A DNA stretch of 64,000 bases, taken from positions 5,890,001 to 5,954,000 of the forward strand of contig CM035350.1 in assembly GCA_020137815.1 (NCBI GenBank), given 5' to 3'. Shown here one piece after another: positions 14,058-30,100 of the stretch (its first letter is position 1; every line of letters begins with the position of its first letter). The DNA comes from Hormiphora californensis (lineage: Eukaryota; Animalia; Ctenophora). Made by a program: the position numbers and the translations under genes. Under the pieces are notes generated by a model. The model did no database searches and was not told the DNA's origin. It worked only from the letters and a program-made list of their open reading frames with translations.

Positions 14058-14166
14058 ATTCTATCGTTATAAGGTGTGCATATGCTTCGTCAAGGCTGTT
14101 TGGAGGTGCTCGTGGACATATAGCGACACGTGCCTTATTACCGACCACCGGTGACACAGTATTTAA

Positions 14167-14280
<114 letters not shown>

Positions 14281-14295
14281 GTGAGAGTGAGAGAT

Positions 14296-14373
<78 letters not shown>

Positions 14374-15370
14374 TAGAGAGAGAGAGAAAGAGAGAGTGAG
14401 AGAGTGAGTGAGAGAGTGAGAGAGAGAGTAGAGAGAGTGATAAGGCTTGAGAAACCAAGAGTAGATAGTTGGTCAGCTCCTCCTGCATCGTCACCCTATA
14501 TAAGAGGCGTCACTAAACAATAGGGCACCCTTGATTATCAGCTTAAGCTAGTCACTAGCACACATATAGTCATCACAGCTCCCCCTATAATATTGATCCG
14601 TGATTCTCTCTCCCCATTCTCAGATCTCATAGCCCCCCTATGAATAGTAATCACTCAGAAAACCAGACCACGTGATTTTGCTAAGAGAGCACGTACAATT
14701 ATTATGGGTAAGCGCTTTTGTTACCCGGCCAGCTCGATCTTTCCTCACGCAGTATAGATACCCTCCCTCCCAGATGGGTCCCCACACCACCATCCACCCT
14801 TTGTATGCATTCCATTTTACCCTTGAATATATCACCCCCGTGATCTCTTGATGCTAGTCCCCCCTTTTGTAGTAGGAAAGAAGCGTTTGTCATCGCCAGC
14901 TAAACACTTGGATTTTAGCTACCAAACAATGGATCCCCCTGACATTAGTGCCCCCGTGCGTCGGCTGTTTGCACCCAGGATCTGCTCTCAGCTCAACCCC
15001 CTGCACCCTGCTCTCAGCAACCCCCATACTATTATAATCAGTCTCTTGTGTGCATCATTTCTGTGCCTTAGTTATGTCACCCTGTTGAGATGTTCCTAGG
15101 TGTGATCAATGCTTTTGCGTGCATATTTGCATGATTTATTCTATAGATGTCTTGATTGTTGTATATTGCAATAAAAAGTTGCAACTGTTCGTTGCAACAT
15201 TTCAACGATCGAGACATCTATAGTCGTTAGATGAGATGGGTTAGGAAATAAATTGTCTTCAGCTAGTCGTAATACCCAGACAGTTGCCAATAGTGGGAAA
15301 GGATCTAGCTATACTGGGAGCATTGATGCGAGATGAGTATAATTGTCAGGTAGAGAGGGGGTCCAGAGAG

Positions 15371-16432
15371 GGGGGGGGGTATCAACCATTTTTGTGTACG
15401 GATGTACGGAAAAAGCAGGCAATATTTTTTTGTACGGTCCGTACAAAAAATACAAAAAAATACAAAAAAATACAAAAAAATACAAAAAAGTTTACTGCTG
15501 TCGGGAACTTCTTTGGTGCCTTCTACAGGTCTCTAGAGGCACTCGAGGTCCTTCTATTGGCCTTTAAAGGCCTCTAGAGTGTTTATTTAGTTTATTTTAC
15601 CATTCCCCTTCCCCACGACTCCTAACTAGAACAAGTCTTACTAACCCGGTGTCCCAGCATATTTTTTGGCCGAGAATGGCCAAAATTTATCCCCATTTTG
15701 GCCGATTTTTTCCCGTGGTCTAAGTTAGTTTGATAATAGTTCAAGATAGTGGAACTTTAATTTTAATAGTCTAAAAAACGGTCGAGTTTTGAAATTAATT
15801 GATTTACACTTAGTGCTATACAAGTGTTAGTATTTAAAAAGTTTTGAAAAAAATGATCCAGGCGAGTTTCGAACCCGGGACCTTCTGCGTGTCAAGTATA
15901 TGCAATAACCACTACACCATGGGGGAACTGAATAGACTGCGATTTGAGAGTATATAATGTAGCGCGCGCTCAACTGGCCGGGGGAGAGAGGCCGATTCGG
16001 CTTTTTCAGTTTTTCGGCCTGCTTATGCCTCCTTTTTCCAGGCATGAGGGGGAATAAGTTAGGCATATTCGGCCGAAAAATGAAATTTCATCAGAAAATA
16101 AAGCTTGGGCACTATCCCGACATATTTTGCTGTTACCCAACTAGGATTTGGAGCAAGTTCAGGTCTAGAATAACTTAATCATGGTAATGTTCGCATGGAA
16201 AAAGCATGGGATTATGAGTACTACGAAACTAGAGGGCTATACAGGCCAGTATAAGGACCCCGCAAACCTCTAGAGACTTATAGGGGGCCCTAAAGAAGTT
16301 CCCTTCAGCAGTATATTTTTTTGTATTTTTTTGTATTTTTTGTACGGAAAAAGCAGGGAATTTTGGTTATTTTTTTGTACGGACCGTACAAAAAAATACA
16401 AAAAAATACAAAAAATAGGTTGGTACCCCCCC
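15371..16432. mobile_element. Non-autonomous TIR/foldback element with poly-G/poly-C termini
   Basis: GGGGGTATCAACC...GGTTGGTACCCCC termini, inverted (tacaaaaaaa)n arrays, flanked by the direct repeat agagag. Confidence 0.8.
15854..15928 (-). pseudogene. tRNA-Val-derived sequence (GAC anticodon loop) with a degenerate acceptor stem
   Basis: TGGTGTAGTGGTT (A box), TTGACAC loop, GGTTCGAAAC (B box), followed by a T-run terminator. Confidence 0.7.
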
Positions 16433-17056
16433 AGAGAGGGAGAGGTGAGTAGTAGTAGTAGTAGGTGGCTATAGAGAGGTAGAAGTTGTGGGAGTTATAT
16501 AAGTGAGATGATGACGGGGAGCAGAGTAGTTCGCCATTACTCCTAGATGGTAATCGATCAGGTCACGTGACATGCCCGGCCCCCCAATAGGGTCCCACAC
16601 CACAATCCAGCTTGTAGCCACTAATTGTGCTCTAATTGAACCACCTTTATTACAGAGAAGAGAGAGAGAGAGCTATCGCTTGTCATTTGTCTTGAGCCCC
16701 CACGCGCCACCCCATAAAATACAGACTCCTCTCTCTCTCTCTCAGACTGCTATCGGGCACAATGTGGTTACGGAAGCACCCGACTTTCCCAGGCTCTCTA
16801 CCTCCCTCCCTTGACCACAGTGACCACCTTGTATTATTTCTCACACCCTTTTCTGTGCCTATATCCTGTATATGATACTAGAATCTATCACATATTATAC
16901 GACATTAGTTCTCTCAGAGTGTTGCTTGTGCCAAAAATTGCTGTAGCTTTTACCCGATCCTCCTGCGGTTCTTTGAATCGAGAGGAGGAGGGCCGGGTAC
17001 AAACTGTACATCTAGACTATAACCCAGCCAATTTCTCCCAGCAGCTCCGTACTACC

Positions 17057-19753
<2,697 letters not shown>

Positions 19754-19975
19754 AAATGAACAATATTTCTGTATTTTTAATTTAACTGATTCCATTGTGA
19801 GAATTATGTAATTGACATTGACAAATATTAATTTAATTGCTTTCAAAAACATACTTGAGATAGCCTTGTTTAAAATCATGAAGGGATTACATCTGCATAT
19901 TATCAGGGCTGCGCTTGTATTGCCTAGATAGACTGTGTTTCGCGAAGGGTTAGAGCATAACAACGCTTGTAGTAC

Positions 19976-20058
19976 AACATGCTAGCAGACCCAATATTGT
20001 AGGTTTTGTAGTACAATTTGTACTACAAAACCTACAATATTGGGTCTGCTAGCATGTT
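19976..20058. repeat. Perfect palindrome, 41-bp arms with a 1-nt spacer
   Basis: aacatgctagcagacccaatattgtaggttttgtagtacaa-t-reverse complement. Confidence 0.95.
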
Positions 20059-20274
20059 ATAACTATGTATACATAATTGTACCGAAACAAGCTGTAAATG
20101 TAATCCCTTAAAATTGAATTGTAAATTAAAATCGAGCCAGTGCCGATACTCTGTCACAGAGTCTGTGCCTGTCTGGTGCAGTCAGACCCCGTTTTGATTC
20201 TCAAACTATGAGTTTGAGTCAAAGCCGTTCACTCAGCTTCAAGTTCAAGTTCAGGTTGGGTCGGCGCCTTTCGA

Positions 20275-20556
20275 AATGTGTCCGATCCCGAACCTGTCCT
20301 CAATGTGTTCCGAACCTGTCCTCAATGTGTCCCTATTGTATCCCGAAACGCCCCGACGGTGGTCATACTACCGAAACATCAGGGAATTTTATGGATCATG
20401 TGTCCCCAATATGTCCTAAATGTGTCCCGAACATGTCCTCAATGTTTCCCGAACCTGTCCCTAATGTTTCCCGAATGTGTCCTGAATGTGTCCTCGATTG
20501 GTGTGCAAACGTTCCCGAATGTGTCTTGAATGTGTCCTGAATGTGTCCCGAACATG
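20275..20556. repeat. Degenerate ~11-bp tandem repeat
   Basis: (aatgtgtcccg/aacctgtcctc)n. Confidence 0.8.
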
Positions 20557-20558
20557 TA

Positions 20559-21441
20559 CCGTGTGCGGCAAAAAAAAGCCCCCCCCCCCCCCTAGACCAC
20601 CATAGTTGCCGATGTGGTGGAGAGCTGTAACTTGGCAGGGTTGCTCCACTATGTCTATCTTGATCCTGACAGAAAAATCAGAGCTCTAGCTCAAAATTCA
20701 TTTTTTTGATAGGAATGAACATTGTCATTCATTCCAAGAAAAAAATATTTTCGGTCCAGAATTCAAGCAATTATCTTTGGCCATCGATTAGCTTTCCAAT
20801 GTGACCAAGATCATCTAAATTGGGCAACCACAAGAGACACAGTGTCATGTTTCTTAAAGTTAGTCAGGTCATGTGATCTTCACCGAATCGTTGATTATCC
20901 GGGATTGCTAATCGAGCCAATGGGCAGAGGAATCTCGTATCACGGCCGCTAATGAGGTATGTGTACCAATACAGGGTAATGTGATTCGAGGAAAGAGGAC
21001 ATTTATCAAAGAGCTACAGATCTCATGACCAATCAGCATCGTCATCCCTCATTAGTAGCCGTGATACGTGATTCTCTACCACTTAGACCGATTCGTAATA
21101 CTGAACACTCAACGATTCGGTGAAGATCACATGACCTGACTAACTTTAAGAAACATGACACTGTGTCTCTTGTGGTTGCCCAATTTAGATGATCTTGGTC
21201 ACATTGGAAAGCTAATCGATGGCCAAAGATAATTGCTTGAATTCTGGACCGAAAATATTTTTTTCTTGGAATGAATGACAATGTTCATTCCTATCAAAAA
21301 AATGAATTTTGAGCTAGAGCTCTGATTTTTCTGTCAGGATCAAGATAGACATAGTGGAGCAACCCTGCCAAGTTACAGCTCTCCACCACATCGGCAACTA
21401 TGGTGGTCTAGGGGGGGGGGGGCTTTTTTTGCCGCACACGG
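20559..21441. mobile_element. Foldback MITE with TA target duplication, Tc1/mariner-like
   Basis: TA|ccgtgtgcggc...gccgcacacgg|TA with ~270-bp near-perfect arms plus imperfect inner arms. Explains the twin ORFs at 20722 and 21042. Confidence 0.9.
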
Positions 21442-22022
21442 TACATAATATAGTACAAGAGAAACTTCTCTAGGCTGTATGGCGGCGCCATGACATACCC
21501 CATTCGACAGTGCGCTCAGTCGCACTTTAACTACACTGCCACTACAACTACAAGTACAAGCGGCAGCGGTTGGATATGATTATGATTGCCGCATTTGATA
21601 TAGGGCCCTGGCACAACGGTCTCCGTCAACTAAACTATGGCCGACCCTTGGTCACATTGATACCACGAGTGAGATCGAGGTCGCGCAGCGACCGATCTCA
21701 CATTCTCACATACATTATCGAAAGAAGCGAAAATAGGTTGCAATGGAATTGGAATTGCAATTGGATCCAAGGCCGGCCCAATCTGACCCTGTTTGGAGGC
21801 GTCCAACCGATCTGAGCGCAATGTCAAGAATCAAAACGGGGTCTGGCAACGCAAGACAGATCTGAGCTCGAGGTTTCGTGCACTTGCAGTGTATCTCGCC
21901 GTATAATTGGTGACACATTAGTATAATGCCATCACCAGACAGACCAAACCGTTGTTCGACTGACAGTGACAGGCATCGCGCTGACTCTTTCTCGGCTAGC
22001 TATCTGCAGGGACTGTGAACGA

Positions 22023-22157
<135 letters not shown>

Positions 22158-22545
22158 AGGCGCACCCAAACCTCTGCTTCACATACCAAACACCGAACAA
22201 ATTGAAAAACAATTAAATTTACGGACAAAAATAAAAGATTTGAGTATTTACAAAAAAACGGATAACTATACGACAGAGAATCTGTTGCACATACTAGTAT
22301 AAATATAATGAGTTTTTGAGACACTTCACTGAAATCTTCAGACATTTTCAGATTGTGTAATTCTGAAGCCCAAGAAATTCGACCCGTCTTGCTCGACAAG
22401 TTGCGCTTCTAGAAAAGCACAAGCACTACATAATTATAGCAGCCTGTCTGGCGGCGCCACTCGCCAGAGCCCATTTTGAGCGCTCAGATCGGGTTGGCGC
22501 CGCCAGGAAAAGCAATTCCAGTAGGGTATAGCTATAGGTTATATT

Positions 22546-23457
22546 GGGGGGGGGGGTGACACGTAACACTTTGTAACATGTGCAGAAAACTTTTTGTGCA
22601 CGTTACATGTTACAAAGTGTTACATAGTGTTACATTAAAGTGTTACATAGTGTTACAAAGTGTTACATAGTGTTACAAAGTGTTACATAGTGTTACAAAG
22701 TGTCACAAAGTGTTACATAGTGTCACAAAGTGTTACAAAGTGTTATAAAGTGTTACAAAATATTTACAAACACACAAGGATTTGTAGCGAAGCAAATTTT
22801 CAATCTTTGACCAAAAAATTGATTTTGGAAAAATTTTATTTCTTTTTCCAACAGAAACGTTGTATATCATCTTATTAAGTACAAAGAATCGATTACCAAT
22901 GAAAAAAAAGTCGATTGGGTCACAACTCACAGGTGACTTAGCACATTGGGGGCCTCTGAGAGGCACAATACTTTTAATATCACTCTAAAAACTTTACCGT
23001 TGTCTAAAGTTCATATTTTTCTTTACCAAATGGACTATTTCAGCCCTGATTTCCACAGTCGATGACATCGGAGGCTCAAAACATCCGCAAATTAGTAAAA
23101 AAGTGTATGTTTTAACCCTAGAAATTATTTAAAACTTTTAGATGTGTTCTAGAAAGACACCAAAGTCGTTCAAATTACTTATTCACCAACCGTCTTATAT
23201 ATTTTGTAAATATTTTGTAACAATTTGTAATACTTTGTGACACTATGTAACACTTTGTATCACTATGTAACACTTTGTAACACTATGTAACACTTTGTAA
23301 CACTATGTAACACTATGTAACACTTTGTAACACCATGTAACACTATGTAACACTTTGTAACACTATGTAACACTTTGTAACATGTGCAGAAAACTTTTTG
23401 TGCACGTTACATGTTACAAAGTGTTACAAAGTGTTACGTGTCACCCCCCCCCCCCCC
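22546..23457. mobile_element. Foldback TIR element with 10-bp subterminal arrays and poly-G/poly-C termini
   Basis: GGGGGGTGACACGTAACACTTTG...CAAAGTGTTACGTGTCACCCCCC, (tgttacaaag/tgttacatag)n arrays, flanked by tatatt on both sides. Confidence 0.85.
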
Positions 23458-23684
23458 TATATTATATGGATCGTTTTTAACTGGATATTAGAAAAAAGGC
23501 CGGTGAACTTTATCATTATACTAAGTGCAGCAGATTCTTTTGATTTACAATAACAGAAAAATACGGCTCTATACTGTTTACTGTTACATATTGTGATCAA
23601 TAAATATTATTCAATTTCATAATTACCTCTCTTGTACCATAAAGTGATTTTCAAATTCACCAGTCAAAACAATTGCGGCATTTA

Positions 23685-26600
23685 TTACGTCATCTTTCTT
23701 CTAACTAAACAAATAACTGGGTGACGCACTTTCAGTCGTGACAAATTTAATCTGGATAAATAACATTTCTCACTTTTATCGGGCAAACATGGTGCCTCTT
23801 TTTCACACTTCTCTTCCAAACCGTCTTGTTGGACTAAGTCAATGACTTTCTCACTCTCAAGAACACTTTTAGTGTTGTCAACAGAACAGTTTGTTCCCTT
23901 TTTAGGTTTAGAAACACTGCCTGACAGGCACCCAATCAGCTTGGTAACGGATTTGGGGGCACCCTTCTTCCTTCCTCCCTTCCCAGACAAACTGAGCCTG
24001 GGTTTTCCCGGGCTGCTGCTCTCTGCTTGTTGTGAATCATTGTGTACTGTATCAGTCTCAGTGGTGGAGTTCCCCTCATGGTTTGAATGTTCTTGAATTA
24101 CTTTCCTCCGTTTAACCCGCCTGCCGATAAATCTCTTCGCTCGACGTCTTCTACTCTTCTGTGGAGGGAGAAGTGTTAGAAAGTTGTAGAAAAAAATGTT
24201 ACATTTACGAGCGGAGACTGTTACACTGTAACTTACACTTACAGTTATGGACATAACTAGTTACACTAGTACAACAATTCGCGTAACGATGCCCTGTGGC
24301 ACGCCGTGAACAGTTACCACCATGGTTTGTTGAGTAAGAGGTATACCCAACAAACCATGTTGGTTGGTTGGTTGGTTGGTGATACTAAGCCGACGTTCTA
24401 CCAAGCTCTTTGAGCGGTGTGACGCGGTGACTCCCAAACTGAGTAACATAGCATTCAAAATGAAACAAACATGAAACTGGAAATGTATGAACTCAAAACT
24501 CCCACTTGTCACCATGGCAACAATTACTAATCAAAACTGCACAAAAAGAACTGCACGTGCAATACTGTAAGATTCTTTCTTTATTTGTTTGGCTTCAAGT
24601 TCAAACTTGCTTGACTTAGGATGAGGACTTTGTTCCTTCTACCTCTGCTCTTTGCAATCTCTTCCTCATCGCTTGTTGACGAGTACCTCGCAGCAGTAAA
24701 ACGGTTCTCAAAAGATGATGGGATGGTACTACGGACCACAAACCCGAAGGCTTTGAAGGAGCATTTCTTAGCCTTCAAAGAGTACAAGCAAACCGTGGAT
24801 GAGATCAACTCTGATTCCGACAGTCTTTTCACGGCGGAGGTCAACAAGTTCTCGATCATGACTAAACCTGAACGGGCTCTTCATCTTGGTATCAATATCT
24901 CCACCGCCACACCTTGGGATCTGGAGGCAGAGGAAAAATCTACCATCACTCTTACCAGCAACGATGCATCCCTACCTTCTGACGTTAACTGGGTGTCCCG
25001 AGGTGCCCAAGTTCCGGTAAAAGATCAAGGGGATTGTGGTTCTTGTTGGGCTTTCTCAGCTATATCAGCCTTTGAAGGCGGGTATTACCTAGCAACTGGT
25101 GACCTTGTCGCATTTTCCGAACAGGAAATCCTTGATTGTTCCTTGAAAGAAACAGAAAAAGGTTGTGTGGGTGCGTGGATGAACCGTGCATATGACTACG
25201 TGGAGAAATCCGGGCGACTGGCCTCGGAGAACCAAGCTCCATATGTTGCTAAGGACAGAACGTGTAACTATGACAACACTGGTAACTCTCTGACCAAAGC
25301 AAAACTTACCGGGCACAGGCAGATATCTAATGGGGATGATGCGGTACTTCTCCGGCTCGCTGCCGAGGGAATTGTTTCTGTTGTAGTTAGCGTTCCCACA
25401 TCACTCTTCTCGTACAGTAAAGGCATGTATAAAGATGTAGCAGGTTGTAATATCATACTTAATTCGGGGAAAGGACCGTTACACGCGGTCTCTGTGGTCG
25501 GATATGGAAAGGAACAGGGACATCCTTATTGGAGGGTAAGTAACACATTGGGTCATTATTGTCAACATGATTGAGGAATTTCATGTTTTGTATATATAAG
25601 CTTCCCTACAAATAACAGTAACCCATATCTTGTCTAGATTCGCAATTCGTGGGGAGCGGATTGGGGGTATAAAGGCCACATGCTGATGGATCGAGAAGTT
25701 AACAACAACTGCAGGATCAGCTGGCAATTATTCATTCCTACCTTCCAATGTACCAGGTAATTACAGATAATAATTCCTAAATTAAAACCAAGTCCATAGA
25801 CTTTATAGTTTAACACGGTCGCTTGTAGTGGGAAAACGGTAATGGAAAACGAAGATACAGTAAGACGACGCGCAACCGTGACCAATCAGGGCGCTAGTAC
25901 GTGCTGACACATGAACTTTTTGCCGCGTGTTATGCACCGTGCGCGTCTCCTTACTGTATTTTGCGTTACCGTATTTTGACTGCAAGCAGCACTGTAACTT
26001 TAACCCAGGTGAAAACTGGCAATCAACTTTCTAGTTATTAGCTAATAACTTTGGGTGTTCTCTCTTTCAGCGGAAAGTGCAATCCACCAACATTTTCCGA
26101 CCAAGATCCCTCAGAAGATGAGAATGAAGATGAGAAGGAAAAAAAGGAGGGTGGTAAGAAGCAGAGAAAGTCAAAGGAAGAAAGACAGCAAAGAAGGAAA
26201 GAAAGAAAGCAAAGAAAGAAGGAAAGAAAGCAAAGAAAGAAGGAAAGACGGCAGAGAAAGAAAGAAAGGAATTCAGATGAAAATTAAAACAAAAACTAAT
26301 ACCTACATATATTGTATCTGGTTCTAGAGCGTTCACTCACCTGGACAATCGATGATAACAGAATTGTAACTTTGTGTAGAAGTCTTCTCCCCACACGTAC
26401 ACTACAAATTGGTGACATTGACATCTAGTGCGTGCGAGATTGAGGTCGCGCACGGTGTCTATGTCACCAACACCACAAATACCATGTTGGTGGGGGCCAC
26501 CATGCAGTTTGTTGAGTAAGAGGTATACCCAACAAACCATGTTGTTGTGGAATCAAGACTAGCTATATAAAAACAAACCTTTACAATTGTAGTACTCTCA

Positions 26601-26712
26601 TCATGACCCTCCTCTTCAGGTAGCAGTTCAGTGATGGATGGTCGGGATATCGACTCAAACGGGTCCTCTCCAATATTATCATCGTCTGACCATGCAAGAT
26701 TTCCGCCATTCA
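23685..26712 (-). CDS. Uncharacterised gene of two or more exons (acidic N-terminus, basic NLS-rich C-terminus); host of the nested cathepsin
   Basis: Exon MNGGNLAWSDDDNIGEDPF..TIVK|gt (~26578) joins in phase to cag|KSRRRRAKR.. (~24160 down to 23685). Confidence 0.5.
24621..26287 (+). CDS. Papain-family (C1A) cathepsin L-like cysteine protease with a charged C-terminal tail
   Basis: Signal peptide, I29-like propeptide, KDQGDCGSCWAFS, LHAV, RNSWG. Exons 24621-25535, 25638-25756 and 26071-26287. Confidence 0.92.
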
Positions 26713-27166
26713 TCTGCAGCTAAAGTGTAACAGAGATACTAGTGAATTGTTGTGAGGGATGGGAATAGGGGGATAGCAAGGGGATGGGAAGGGGGATTTA
26801 CAATTGAAATAAAACAATGTGCTGTTCCAAACAGAGAGAAGGAATACAATCTACAGAATATAAAAGTTTGATAAATTAAGATTAAGAAATATTTGGTTAA
26901 AAAACATTTGCTAGCTAGGTAACTAAGGCATCGTCCAGTACATATCTTGACAGAGTAGGACACCCGACTAAATCTCCACCAGAATTGGCCGTATCCTGCA
27001 CTCAGCAGCGTAATCAGTGCAATTGTGCGAGAGATATTTAAACTGTCTTTGAATAATTGAAATTGGAATTGTGTTTTTATAGGGAGGAGAACAGGGATAA
27101 TGATAGATCTCCATGATCTGGAGCTCTGTACTAGTCCATTCAATATTACTAGATCTCACTGAGTAG

Positions 27167-30100
27167 CTAAAGCTCAGGGGATGATGCTCGGAGGGTGAAC
27201 TCATCAAAACAGAGTTCTTGTCTCAGGGCACCTGTCAAGATGATTTCGGGTCCATACACGGGTAGCTTCCCCCTCAGAGTGGTCTTGTCCGTTTCCAGGG
27301 TTACCGCAAAGGTTTGTGAGTTTGGGTTTTTAGGGGAAGTTCGCAGTAACTTTCCTCCGTTGCACTCTGTCGGGGGGGGGGGGGGGGGGGGGTGAGGGGG
27401 TTATTGGGGTACTAGGAGAAGTTGTTGAGTAACTCAATAAAGGAGAAGAGGGGGTCACACTGAGAGAGGATATCTAAAAGGGAGAAACTCGACAGGCCAG
27501 AACAGCCTGATGAGGATTGTTACCTATAATTTCCTTGAGTTGGGCAGGTTTTGGTTCACATTTCCCGCTCACAAAGACACTCCAGCCGGAGAGAAAGGGC
27601 CCCGAATCCCGGACCCGCGATATCGAGTCAGCCAGGGAGAACCGATACTTCTTTTCGCAATTTACATCACGGATAGTAAACTCTTCCGCATCTGAGAAAG
27701 GATTTGATTAAACACGTATCTATATTCAGGCCGATGTTGGCCGCCGACCCCTCTGAGAAAGTAAACTTGTATTAAAAGTTTACTCAAAAGTACTAGTACG
27801 CTGGGAAACATAGGCATTTGTGGAGAAGTTTATTGTTTGGAACAACCACCCTCCTGACCCAGGTGTGTGAACTGTGAGGTGATCAGTCAGGACTCAGCTG
27901 TGAGTCAAATAACTATTGTGGGATCATTAGTCAAAATATGGTACACTATTTGATATTTGATAACAAATTGTTTTTCATGTTTGTTGGAATGTGTTATAGT
28001 GGGAGACACTAGCGTGGTACGCGCAAAAAAATGCGCGCCACACGATTATCATAATTGATGATATCTCCGGTTCCTGATAAGCTACAGAGTTTGTTTGGGT
28101 ACCGTTGGAAAGGAAATTTCAAGCCCCATCGAATGGCGAAGGTTTGAAGTTATGAGCGAAAACGAAATTGGTGTGGCGCACATTTTTTTGCGCGTACCAC
28201 ACTAGTGTCTCCCACTATTAACACAACATGTTGTGACTTAGCGCTGAAGTGTTAATCGCTCTAGACCGTGGTCCAACTCCCAAGACGTGAACTAAATTAT
28301 CCAACAGGTGTTACGATTTTCCTAAATAAAAAGGAAACCTCAGACAGTTGTGGCACCTGCAAAATAACATGTCCTGTCTTTTGAATTTCTTCGTGGTTTT
28401 TACAGCATTGTTCTGCCTCGCAGAAGGTAAGTAGACGTGTTAGGGCCAGGAATCTAAGATTTCTTGCACGAGTATGGGGCACTCCAAGAGAAAACTCCTT
28501 AATTGATACACTGTTTCTCAGGGCAGCGACAATATGAAACGTGTAACCGGTGGTTTGGTTACAAACTATGGTACCCTGACTACACTTGTAACCAGGATAA
28601 CCTCTGTTGGTAGGTGGTTGCCATGACGATTAGTTACCATAGTAACCGCGATAACATCAGAAACAAGACAACTATAGTTACCATAGTAACCAATCTGAAT
28701 TCCTAGGTGGGGCTGTAGCAAGGGATACTGCTGGAGTCAGTGCAATGCAGTTGGTAAAATCTCATGGGATGGGCCACCGGGGACTTGCAACACATTGTAC
28801 GTGGTAGTATTAGAAGTAAATTCTTGTTAAACTGTCTGTCTGTCTGTCTGTCTGTGTGTCTGTTTGTCATTTTTTCATAGCAATATTTGTCAAGGCTTGG
28901 GTTTGGTTATATCAATAACCTGTGTAACACCCCCCCTTATTATACAGCTATCATCTGAATGGAAACCTAGAGTGGTGTTGGTTGGATAATGGAGGCAACT
29001 ACAAGACCTGTACTACTAATACTGACTGTTTGGGTATCATTAACAACAGTTGCCATGGTGCCTGCTCCGTTGGATAAATGGACAGGAAGAGAGAGAGGAA
29101 GTCACAAGATGATTTAGAAGAATGCTTTGATTTTAGTTTGATAATTACGACGAATTGAAGTTATACTTTTGTGAACAAAATGGCTGTTATTAACAACATT
29201 GTCTAACTGGGGTTTGCTTGTTACTGACTGGCACGCTGCTTCGCAGCCTCTGACAGCCGCACTAGGCATTCGGCCCGGTATGGAGAGGACAGTCTTATAT
29301 ATATATAAGACAAGAGTTTGCCGACTGTTTGCATTGTTGTGCTGAAACTTCCAAGACGCGAACTAAATTATCCAACAGGTGTTACGATTTTCCTAAATAA
29401 GAAGGAAACCTCAGACAGTTGTGGCACCTTAACAAAATAACATGTCCTGTCTTTTGAATTTCTTCGTGGTTTTTACAGCATTGTTCTGCCTCGCAGAAGG
29501 TATGAAGTAGACGTGTTATGGCCAGGAATCTAAGATTTCCCGTTAACTGCCGATTGTCGATACCAATCGATAGTTTTATTGATTCTGTTAGAGCGAGAGA
29601 AAGAATGAACAGCTTTCTCTCAGGCAAGCACCAATACGAAACTTGTAACCAGTGGTTTACCCACGGAAGAGACCGTTACCCTAACTACACCTGCAACGAA
29701 GAAAACCTCTGTTGGTATGTGGTTACCATGACAACACAACTAGTTACCATAGTAACCGATACATTGACAACACAACTATAGTTACCATAGTAACCAATAC
29801 ATTGACAACACAACTAGTTACCATGGTAACCAATCTGAATTCCTAGGTGGGGCTGTAGCAAGGGATACTGCTGGAGTCAATGCAATGGTGCCGGTAAAAT
29901 CTCATGGGATGGGCCACCGGGGACTTGCAACACATTGTACGTGGTAGTATTAGAAGTAAATTCTTGTAAAACTGTCTGTGTGTGTGTCTGTCTGTCTGTC
30001 TGTCTGTTTGTCATTCTTTCATAGCAATATTTGTCAAGGCTTGGGTTTGGTTATATCAATAACCTGTGTAACACCCCCCCTTATTATACAGCTATCATCT

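Noticed and set aside
15854-15928. Functional tRNA-Val(GAC)
   Set aside because: The acceptor and anticodon stems do not pair properly; kept only as a tRNA-derived sequence.
20722-21281. Two near-identical ORFs on opposite strands
   Set aside because: A by-product of the inverted arms of the MITE at 20559-21441.
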